Shown piece after piece: positions 56,654 through 64,000 of a DNA stretch of 64,000 bases (position 1 is the first letter of the stretch; each line of letters opens with the position of its first letter). The DNA comes from a bacterium (GTDB lineage: Bacteria; Krumholzibacteriota; Krumholzibacteriia; LZORAL124-64-63). The position numbers were made by a program, and so were the translations under genes. Under the pieces are notes generated by a model, which saw only the letters and a list, made by a program, of their open reading frames with translations, was not told the DNA's origin and searched no databases. The stretch is from NCBI GenBank assembly GCA_018814885.1, contig JAHIYU010000177.1, forward strand, positions 40,025 through 104,024, read 5' to 3'.

Positions 56654-57604
56654 TCACTCCGCGCGTGGATGGGCCTTGCGGAATTCCTCCCGCAGTCTGG
56701 CCCGGGAGAGATGCGTGTAGATCTGGGTCGTGGACAGGTGCTCGTGCCCGAGCAGTTCCTGCACGACCCGGATGCCGGCGCCGCCGTCGAGCAGATGCGT
56801 GGCGAAACTGTGTCGCAGCGCATGGGGCGAGATGCCTCTCAGCCCGGCCAGCTTCCCGGCGTGATGAGCGACCCGCTGCTGCACCGTGCGGGGAGCGATG
56901 CGCCGTCCCCGCCGGCCCTCGAAGACCGGCCTTCGGGCGGCCGCGGCCGTCAGGGTGCCGTCCAGCAGGGACAGGGTGACGCCGGGGTCGAGCAGGCCCT
57001 CGAGATGTTCGCGCAACCGGCGCGCCGTGATGCCGAGCAGGGGCAGGATGCGCTCCTTGTCGCCCTTGCCAAGCACGCGTATGCGTTCGCACGGAAAATC
57101 GAGATCCGACAGATCGAGTCCCACGACTTCGGCCAGGCGCAGGCCGAGTCCGTAGAGTACCTCCAAGATGGCGCGGTCGCGGCGGCCGCGGGGCGTCGAC
57201 GCGTCGGGCTGCTCGAGCAGGGCTTCGATCATCTCCTCCGTCAGGTCGCGCGGAAGTCTACGCGCTCGGCCCGCGGAGGTTCCCCGGGCGAGGCTCTCGG
57301 GCACGGCCGCCAGGACACCGGCCAGGTGGAGGTAACGGGCGAAGGCCCGGATCGCGGCGATCTGTCGGGCGACCGTGGCCTGGGCGCGGCCGCGGCGGTG
57401 CAACATGGCCAGGTGATCGCGCACGGCGGTCCGCTCGGTGAAAAGGACACGCCAGTCGTCGTCCCCGGCGGCGGCGGGCAGGTGGCCGCAAGCGCGGCAG
57501 GTGGCCATGAACTGGGAAAGATCGCGCAGGTAGGCCTCGACCGTGCGTGCGCTCGCTCCCCGCTCGATATCGATGTGCCGAGCAAATGCCGCGACGTGAT
57601 CCAT
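56654..57604 (-). CDS. xerC: Tyrosine recombinase XerC-like (CodV-type position upstream of hslVU)
   Basis: Phage-integrase catalytic motifs (HALRHSFATHLLDGGAGIRVVQELLGHEHLSTTQIYTHL). Confidence 0.8.
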   Translation of the reverse strand: MDHVAAFARHIDIERGASARTVEAYLRDLSQFMATCRACGHLPAAAGDDDWRVLFTERTAVRDHLAMLHRRGRAQATVARQIAAIRAFARYLHLAGVLAAVPESLARGTSAGRARRLPRDLTEEMIEALLEQPDASTPRGRRDRAILEVLYGLGLRLAEVVGLDLSDLDFPCERIRVLGKGDKERILPLLGITARRLREHLEGLLDPGVTLSLLDGTLTAAAARRPVFEGRRGRRIAPRTVQQRVAHHAGKLAGLRGISPHALRHSFATHLLDGGAGIRVVQELLGHEHLSTTQIYTHLSRARLREEFRKAHPRAE

Positions 57605-57628
57605 GCGCTTCCTCCCGGCGAGAATCTA

Positions 57629-58993
57629 TCACCGGGTCGAGTCGGCGGCAAGCAGACGCTGCAGCGACGGCGAACGCAGGTGGCGCGTCAGGCTCTCCCG
57701 GCTGCGCGCGGACAGGGCTTCCCGGCGTTGCCGCCTCGCGCCGCGTCCGCGTGGCGGCTGAGCCAGCGGCGGCAAGAGGCCGAAGTTGACGTTCATGGGG
57801 GTCAGCCTACCGCCGGTTCCGTCGAAGAGGAAGCCGTGCAAGAGTGCGCCGAGCAACGTGTCCGACGGCCAGGGCGGGAGCCGCATGCCGCGCAGTTCCG
57901 CCGCGAGGCTCCAGGCGGTCGTCAAGCCCGAAGCGATGGATTCCACGTACCCCTCAACCCCGGTTATCTGTCCCGCGAAACGCAGGCGGGGCCGTGCGGC
58001 CAGCGCGAAGGCGCGGTCCAGGACGCGGGGCGTGTCCAGGTAGAAATTGCGGTGCAACTGGCCGTAGCGGACGAATTCCGCCCGCCCGAGACCGGGGATC
58101 ATGCGAAAGACGCGCCGCTGCTCCGCGCGTTTCAGCCGCGTCTGGAAACCGACCAGGCCGTACAGGGTGCCAGCCCTGTTCTCCTGGCGCAGCTGCACCA
58201 CGGCATGGGGCCGCTTCCCGGTGCGGGGGTCCGCGAGACCGACCGGACGGAGGGGGCCGAAAGCCATGGTCTCGAGCCCGCTGTCCGCGATCTCCTCGAT
58301 GGGTTGGCAGCCGGCGAACAGGTGCGACCTGTCGAAGTCGCGGACTCCGGCCCGCGCGGCCCCCGTCAGTGCGGCGTGGAATGCCTCGTATTCCGGCCGC
58401 GTCAGCGGTGCGTTCAGGTAGTCGGCCTCCCCCTTGCCGTAGCGGGCCGCGCGGAAGAGCGCGTCCAGGTCGAGGGAGTCCAGGGTGACGGTGGGAGCGA
58501 TGGCGTCGAAGAAATACAGGCCCGCCCCACCTGTAAGCGCCTCGAGGCGGAGCCGCAGGTCCGCCGAGGTCAGGGGCCCGGTGGCGATGATCCAGAACGC
58601 GTCCCCGGCAACGTCCGGCGCGGTCACCTCGTCGCGCACGATCTCGATCAGGGGATCGCCGGCGAGCAGGGCTTCGATTCGAGACGAGAACAGCTCCTTG
58701 TCCACCGCCAAGGCGGCGCCCGCGGGCACCGCGCATGCGCGCGCGACCGCGAGCAGGCGGCACCCCGCCGACGCCAGCTCCGCCTTGAAAAGACCGGATG
58801 CGGCAGTGGGGTCGACGCTCTTGAGGGAGTTGCTGCAGACGATCTGGGCCAGCGCCTCGCCCTGGTGGGCGGGCGTCTCGCGCGCGGGGCGCATCTCGTG
58901 CAGGACGACCGGGATCCCGAAGCGCGCGAGCTGCAGGGCCGCCTCGCAACCGGCCAGACCGCCGCCGGCGACGTGCACGGGGCGGATCGACAT
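57629..58993 (-). CDS. trmFO: Methylenetetrahydrofolate--tRNA-(uracil54-C5)-methyltransferase TrmFO (Gid)
   Basis: FAD-binding VAGGGLAGCEAA N-terminus plus TrmFO core (QITGVEGYVESIASG). Confidence 0.85.
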   Translation of the reverse strand: MSIRPVHVAGGGLAGCEAALQLARFGIPVVLHEMRPARETPAHQGEALAQIVCSNSLKSVDPTAASGLFKAELASAGCRLLAVARACAVPAGAALAVDKELFSSRIEALLAGDPLIEIVRDEVTAPDVAGDAFWIIATGPLTSADLRLRLEALTGGAGLYFFDAIAPTVTLDSLDLDALFRAARYGKGEADYLNAPLTRPEYEAFHAALTGAARAGVRDFDRSHLFAGCQPIEEIADSGLETMAFGPLRPVGLADPRTGKRPHAVVQLRQENRAGTLYGLVGFQTRLKRAEQRRVFRMIPGLGRAEFVRYGQLHRNFYLDTPRVLDRAFALAARPRLRFAGQITGVEGYVESIASGLTTAWSLAAELRGMRLPPWPSDTLLGALLHGFLFDGTGGRLTPMNVNFGLLPPLAQPPRGRGARRQRREALSARSRESLTRHLRSPSLQRLLAADSTR

Positions 58994-61689
58994 CAGGACG
59001 TCTTCTTCCGCGGCGCTTTCCTGGCCGTCTTCCTGGCCGTCATCTTCAAGGTTTTCTTCGCGGTCTTCTTGCGGGTCGTCTTCTTGCGCTTGGCCGCGGA
59101 AGCCAGCAGCGCGAGCGCCTCGTCCACCGTCAGATCCTCCGGATCATCTCCCTTCGGCAACGAGGCGTTGAGCTTGCCGTCGGTCACGTAGGGACCGTAC
59201 CGTCCCTTGAGGACCTGCAGGGCGACTCCGGTGGCGGGATGAGGACCGACTTCCTTGAGGACCGGGCGGCGGTTCTTGTTCCGGATGCGCTCGAGAGCCT
59301 CGTCGAGGGTGACGGTGAAGAGCGTCTCCATCGACTCGACGCTGGCGAAGACCCGGTCGCACTCCACGTAGGCCCCGTAGCGTCCGAGCCCGGCACGGAC
59401 GCGTTTTCCCGATTCCGGATCGACGCCGATCTCGCGCGGCAGGGACAGGAGCCGCAGGGCGAGTTCCAGATCTACCCGGGACGGGTCCGTGCCGCGGCCG
59501 AGACTGACGCGCTTCGGCTTGGGGCCGCCATCGACGACTTCGCCGAGCTGCAGGTAGGGGCCGTAGGGCCCGATCAACACGAAGATGGGCAGGCCGGATT
59601 CCGGATCGCTGCCGATGGGTACACGGGACCTGTCCCGGGCCTCCAGGAGGTCCGCCGCGCGTTCCGGCGTCAACTCGTCGATCAAGAGGTCCACGGGCAG
59701 GGTGGCACGCTGCGCCTCATCGCCATCGCCGCATTGCACGTAGACGTAGTTGCGCCCGATGCGCACGCGCAGCTCCTTGCCGGTCCGGGAATCAACGCCC
59801 AGGGGGATGTCGGGATACTCGATGCCGGGCAGTTCACGCTCGATGGCCCGGCTGAGACCTTCTTCCCCCGCGTCGTCCCCCTTGTAGAAGCTGTCCAGGA
59901 ATGCGCGGCGGTCCAGCTTTCCGGCGGCTATGTCGTCGAGGCCCTCCTCCATGCGGGCGGTGAACTTCAGATCGATGTAATGCGAGAAATGCCGGCGCAG
60001 GAGATGGATCACTGCCATGCCGACGTACGTGGGCAGCAAGGCTCCCTTCTTCTTCACGGCGTATTCACGCTGCTGGATGGTGGAAATGGTCGGGGCATAC
60101 GTGGAGGGGCGACCGATCCCCTCCTCCTCCAGCCGCTTGATGAGGGAGGCCTCGGTGAAGCGCGCGGGCGGCGCGGTGACGTGGCGCTGGGGCTTCACGC
60201 CGGCCAGGGAGATCTCGCTGGCGTCGTCCCCGATCTCCTCGCCCTCGCCGATCTCGGGAAGCAGGCTGTCCTGTGCCGAAGAGCCGGCGACGCGATAGAA
60301 GCCGGGGAAGCGCACGACCGAGCCGGTGGCGCGGAAGACGAGGTCCCGTCCCCCCGTCGACGCCTGGAGATCTATCGTCGTGCGATCGAGGATCGCATCG
60401 GCCATCTGAGACGCGATGGCCCGCTGCCAGATGAGGCGGTAGAGCGCGAGTTCGTCCTTGCCGAGATACCGCGACATCGCGTCGGGCGTGCGCAGCATGT
60501 TGGTGGGCCTGATGGCCTCGTGGGCCTCCTGGGCCGACTTCGCCTGCGTGCGGTAGCGGCGCGGACCGGCGGTGTACTCGGTGCCGAACTCGGCCCGGAT
60601 GAACTCCGCCGCCGCCGCGAGCGACTCCTCGCTCATGTTCAGGGAGTCGGTGCGCATGTAGGTGATCAGACCCTCGCGGGAACCGCCCAGATCGACGCCC
60701 TCGTAGAGACGCTGAGCCACCTGCATGGCACGCCGCGGCGACATGCCCAGGCGGGAGCTTGCGGCCTGCTGCAGGGTGGAAGTGATGAAGGGCGGCGAAG
60801 GACGCTTGCGCGTCTCCTTGCGCGTGACGGAACCCACGCGCCAGGGGAGCGACGATGCGCTGTCGCGCGCGAGGGCGGTGGCCGTCGCCTCGTCCAGGTG
60901 AGCCAACGAGGCCTTGAGCAGCCGGCCGGTGTCGGGATCGAAATCCTTGCCCGCGGCCACGCGGTTGCCGTCGAGCTCGGTCAGGCGGGCGACGAAAGGA
61001 TTGCCGCCGGCGCTCAGCGTCGCCTCCAGGTCCCAGTACTCGGCCTCCCGGAAGCGCAGGCGCGCCTCCTCGAGTTCCACGATGAGCCGGAGAGCGACGC
61101 TCTGGACGCGTCCGGCGCTGAGCTTGGTCCGCACCTTCTTCCAGAGCACCGGCGAGAGTGAGTAGCCGAAGAGCCGGTCGAGGATGCGGCGCCCTTCCTG
61201 GGCGCTGACGACCGACAGGTTCACGTCGCGGGGCGTTTCGAGCGCCTTGGCGATGGCGGTGCGCGTGATCTCGTGGAAGGTGATGCGCTTGACCGGAACC
61301 TTGGGCTTGAGAACCTCGAGCACGTGCCAGCTGATGGCCTCGCCTTCGCGGTCCTCGTCGGTGGCGAGCAGAAGCTCGTCCGCAGCCCGCATCTGCTTGC
61401 GCAGGGACGCGACGTGCTGCTTGCTCTCGCGGCCGATCACGTAGATGGGGCCGTAGTCCTCGTCGACGTTGACGCCGAGCCGAGCCCAGCTGCGCTTGCG
61501 CAGCGCGGCCGGGATCTCCGCCGCCGAACTGGGCAGGTCGCGGATATGACCGTAACTCGCCTCAACGCTGTATTCGTCTCCCAGGAATTTCTCTATGGTG
61601 CGGGCCTTGGCCGGGGATTCGACGATGATCAGCTTCAAACCGGCTCCTCTTCCCGTCGGATTCAATGCGGACGCGGAACGTGGCTGCAA
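58993..61689 (-). CDS. topA: DNA topoisomerase I (type IA), zinc-ribbon-less with Lys-rich C-terminal tail
   Basis: Toprim start (LIIVESPAKARTIEKFLG), catalytic Tyr region, C-terminal GRYGPYV repeats and KRKKTTRKKTAKK tail. True start probably internal to the ORF (~61630-61665), because the ORF overlaps the smg stop. Confidence 0.85.
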   Translation of the reverse strand: MQPRSASALNPTGRGAGLKLIIVESPAKARTIEKFLGDEYSVEASYGHIRDLPSSAAEIPAALRKRSWARLGVNVDEDYGPIYVIGRESKQHVASLRKQMRAADELLLATDEDREGEAISWHVLEVLKPKVPVKRITFHEITRTAIAKALETPRDVNLSVVSAQEGRRILDRLFGYSLSPVLWKKVRTKLSAGRVQSVALRLIVELEEARLRFREAEYWDLEATLSAGGNPFVARLTELDGNRVAAGKDFDPDTGRLLKASLAHLDEATATALARDSASSLPWRVGSVTRKETRKRPSPPFITSTLQQAASSRLGMSPRRAMQVAQRLYEGVDLGGSREGLITYMRTDSLNMSEESLAAAAEFIRAEFGTEYTAGPRRYRTQAKSAQEAHEAIRPTNMLRTPDAMSRYLGKDELALYRLIWQRAIASQMADAILDRTTIDLQASTGGRDLVFRATGSVVRFPGFYRVAGSSAQDSLLPEIGEGEEIGDDASEISLAGVKPQRHVTAPPARFTEASLIKRLEEEGIGRPSTYAPTISTIQQREYAVKKKGALLPTYVGMAVIHLLRRHFSHYIDLKFTARMEEGLDDIAAGKLDRRAFLDSFYKGDDAGEEGLSRAIERELPGIEYPDIPLGVDSRTGKELRVRIGRNYVYVQCGDGDEAQRATLPVDLLIDELTPERAADLLEARDRSRVPIGSDPESGLPIFVLIGPYGPYLQLGEVVDGGPKPKRVSLGRGTDPSRVDLELALRLLSLPREIGVDPESGKRVRAGLGRYGAYVECDRVFASVESMETLFTVTLDEALERIRNKNRRPVLKEVGPHPATGVALQVLKGRYGPYVTDGKLNASLPKGDDPEDLTVDEALALLASAAKRKKTTRKKTAKKTLKMTARKTARKAPRKKTS

Positions 61690-62096
61690 CCCGGCGAATC
61701 TTCCTCGTCGGGGAAGGCGAAGATGAGATGGTCCAGGAGTTCCTCGACGTCCACCCGCTCGAGGGGCGCGCCGCCCAGCTGCGAGGCGTAGTGGATGATC
61801 AGCTCCCTCTGCTCGTTGGGTATCTCGCCGCGACGGCTCAATTCCAGCAGGTAGCCGCGCGCCTCCGAGGACAGCGCCTGCTGCTCCAAAGCGTCGAAGT
61901 GCCGAATGCCGCCGTTGCCGCCGTACAGGTGCATGGCCGGTTCGTCGTCATGGAGCATGTGGATCAACAGTTGTCGAACCTTGTCGCTGAATCTGTTCAA
62001 AGCGTCCTCCGCAACGTGGGCACACTCGCCGAGCAGGGCGGAAACGCTAGCACAGGGGAAGCCGCGCCGCAAGTATGGCGGATATTCAGAGGCCAC
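61662..62096 (-). CDS. smg: Smg-like protein (DUF494)
   Basis: [39 protein letters not shown]...[10 protein letters not shown] parallels the E. coli Smg pattern. Located between secA and topA. Confidence 0.55.
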   Translation of the reverse strand: MASEYPPYLRRGFPCASVSALLGECAHVAEDALNRFSDKVRQLLIHMLHDDEPAMHLYGGNGGIRHFDALEQQALSSEARGYLLELSRRGEIPNEQRELIIHYASQLGGAPLERVDVEELLDHLIFAFPDEEDSPGCSHVPRPH

Positions 62097-64000
62097 AGCA
62101 CTTCTTGTACTTCTTGCCGCTTCCGCATGGGCAAGGTTCGTTGCGCGACACCTTGGGCTGCTTGCGCACCGTCTGTTGCGGTCGTCCCGGCACGGGAGCC
62201 GCGGCGCCGGCGGGCGGCGGGACTCCCGGCGTCTCCCCGGCGGGAGGTTGCCCGCCGAGGTAGCCCATCTCGGCCTTCTTGGCCTCCAGCTGCTGGGTAT
62301 GAGCGGCGGGCGGCTCGGGACGCTGGACGAGTTCGGCCCGCATCAACAGGCGCACGCTGTCGTGCTCGATGGTGTCCATCAGATCCTGGAACATGTGGAA
62401 CGACTCCGCCTTGTATTCCACCAGCGGATCCTTCTGTGCGTAGGAACGCAGACCGATGCCGCTGCGGAGCATCACGAGCTGGTTGAGGTGGTCCTTCCAG
62501 TGCTCGTCGATGACCTGCAGCTTGACGAAACGCTCCAGCTGGCGCATCACGTCGGGAGTGAGGCGGGTCTCCTTCTCGCGGTACTTGTCGAGGGCGGCTT
62601 CCGACAGACTCTCCCGCAGCGCCGTGTGCCCGATGTGCAGGCGCTCCTCGCCGGTGATGGGCAGGGGCGTGAGGAAGAGGCTCTGGAATTCCTGCGCGAG
62701 CTCGTCGAATTCCCAGTAATCGTTGGCCTGGTTCGGATCGGCGCGTTTTTCCGCCAGGGCGTGCACGACGCTCAGGACATCCTCCTGCACCAGATCGGAA
62801 ATGTCGTCGCCGAGCAGGATCTCGCGCCGCAGGGCGTAGATGACTTCGCGTTGCTTGTTGACGACGTCGTCGTATTCGATGAGGTGCTTGCGGATGCCGA
62901 AGTTGTGGCCCTCGACGCGCTGGGCGGCGCGCTCGATGGCCTTGGTGACCATCGGGTGCGTGATGACTTCGCCCTCCCCGACGCCCAGGCGGTCCATGAT
63001 CTTGATCAGCTGCTCCGAGTTGAACAGCCGCATCAGGTCGTCCTCGAGCGACAGGAAGAAGACGGAAGCGCCGGGATCGCCCTGGCGGCCCGCGCGGCCG
63101 CGCAGCTGGCGGTCGATGCGACGGCTCTCGTGCCTCTCGGTGCCGATGATGTGCAGGCCGGCGGGCTCTCCCGCCACCTCCGCGGTCTCCTTGTCGTAGC
63201 CGCTGCCGGGTGGCAAGCCGAGCAGGCTGGCCATGGCGATCTTGATGTCGGTGCCGCGGCCCGCCATGTTGGTGGCGATGGTCACGGCGCCCTTGCGTCC
63301 CGCTTCGGCGACCACCTCTGCCTCGCTCTTGTGGTGCTTGGCGTTCAGGACGTTGTGGTTGATGCCGCGTCGCTTGAGCAGGCGGCTGATCAGCTCGCTG
63401 ACCTCCACCGTGGTGGTTCCCACCAGCACCGGCAGCCCCAGCGCGTGCAGCCGCTCGACCTCCTCCACGATGGCGTTGTACTTCTCCTTCTTGGAGCGGA
63501 ACACCACGTCTTCCTGGTCCTGGCGGCGCACGGGTTCGTTGGTGGGGATCTCCACGACCTCCAGGTCGTAGATCTGTCCGAACTCGGCCTCCTCGGTGAC
63601 GGCCGTGCCTGTCATGCCGGCCAGCTTCTCGTACATGCGGAAGAAGTTCTGCAGCGTGACGGTGGCCAGCGTCTGGGTCTCCTTCTCGACCTTGACGCCC
63701 TCCTTGGCCTCCAGGGCCTGGTGCAGGCCCTCGCTGAAGCGCCGTCCCGGCATCAGGCGGCCGGTGAACTCGTCGACGATCTGGATCTTGCCGTCCATGA
63801 CGACGTACTCGTCGTCCTTCTCGTACAGGGTGTAGGCGCGCAGGAGCTGGTCCACGTTGCTGATCAACTCGTTCTTGGTCGCGTAGGCCCGCTCCACCTT
63901 CTCGATGGCCTCCGTCTTCTCCGCTGCGGACAGGCTGTTGTTCTCCTGGATCTCCCCCACGTTCACGGCCAGGTCGGGCAGGACGAAGAAATCTGGTTCT
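62086..64000 (-). CDS. secA: Preprotein translocase ATPase SecA, C-terminal ~640 aa (N-terminus beyond window end)
   Basis: Helical scaffold and wing domains. C-terminal zinc-binding tail [21 protein letters not shown]. Reading frame open to position 64000. Confidence 0.9.
   Translation of the reverse strand, partial: EPDFFVLPDLAVNVGEIQENNSLSAAEKTEAIEKVERAYATKNELISNVDQLLRAYTLYEKDDEYVVMDGKIQIVDEFTGRLMPGRRFSEGLHQALEAKEGVKVEKETQTLATVTLQNFFRMYEKLAGMTGTAVTEEAEFGQIYDLEVVEIPTNEPVRRQDQEDVVFRSKKEKYNAIVEEVERLHALGLPVLVGTTTVEVSELISRLLKRRGINHNVLNAKHHKSEAEVVAEAGRKGAVTIATNMAGRGTDIKIAMASLLGLPPGSGYDKETAEVAGEPAGLHIIGTERHESRRIDRQLRGRAGRQGDPGASVFFLSLEDDLMRLFNSEQLIKIMDRLGVGEGEVITHPMVTKAIERAAQRVEGHNFGIRKHLIEYDDVVNKQREVIYALRREILLGDDISDLVQEDVLSVVHALAEKRADPNQANDYWEFDELAQEFQSLFLTPLPITGEERLHIGHTALRESLSEAALDKYREKETRLTPDVMRQLERFVKLQVIDEHWKDHLNQLVMLRSGIGLRSYAQKDPLVEYKAESFHMFQDLMDTIEHDSVRLLMRAELVQRPEPPAAHTQQLEAKKAEMGYLGGQPPAGETPGVPPPAGAAAPVPGRPQQTVRKQPKVSRNEPCPCGSGKKYKKCCGL

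Overview
This 64-kb window is about 70% GC and densely packed with conserved housekeeping genes, about 85% of them on the minus strand. The gene set (LptE-like lipoprotein, lapA/lapB, NlpD-like peptidase) points to a diderm bacterium. Several gene blocks follow Firmicute-style conserved order: topA-trmFO-xerC-hslV-hslU, scpA-scpB-rluB, cmk-rpsA and mutS...mutL-miaA.

Features I can support: 58 CDS, four minus-strand tRNAs (Arg-CCT, Pro-CGG, Pro-GGG, Gly-CCC), three intrinsic terminators, two AT-rich control regions and one coding tandem repeat. Recognised genes include a sigma54-activator fragment, holA, apt, pcm, surE, gpsA, plsY, der, miaA, mutL, mutS, lapA/lapB, miaB, mtaB, rpsA, hisC, scpA/B, trpS, xerD, uvrC, rpsT, dapB/A/F, argF, hslU/V, xerC, trmFO, topA, smg and the 3' part of secA.

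The accessory content sits at 7.2-19.7 kb, bounded by two AT-rich regions.
- An ATGA-coupled module of NAD(P)-binding SDR/DUF2867 protein, a sensor kinase whose periplasmic domain carries c-type haem-binding motifs (CAQCH plus CX4CH), a response regulator and a GT2 glycosyltransferase.
- A tandem pair of paralogous ~840-aa polytopic membrane proteins, each with two repeated extracytoplasmic domains.
- A convergent two-gene operon: a secreted PbH1 beta-helix protein and a secreted protein made of ~38 tandem Cys-Thr hexapeptide repeats (CTxGxx, 18-nt DNA period). I regard the last as the most novel element.

Other oddities: an apparent cmk-plsC in-frame fusion, a GAF/degenerate-GGDEF signalling gene wedged between mutS and mutL, a stand-alone PqqD-like (RRE-type) gene divergent from a DUF4870 membrane protein, and two near-identical tRNA-Pro paralogues differing in the anticodon arm.

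Coordinates of internal start codons were placed by codon arithmetic from the ORF track and may be off by 1-2 nt. No CRISPR array, transposase or integrase-type mobile element was recognised.
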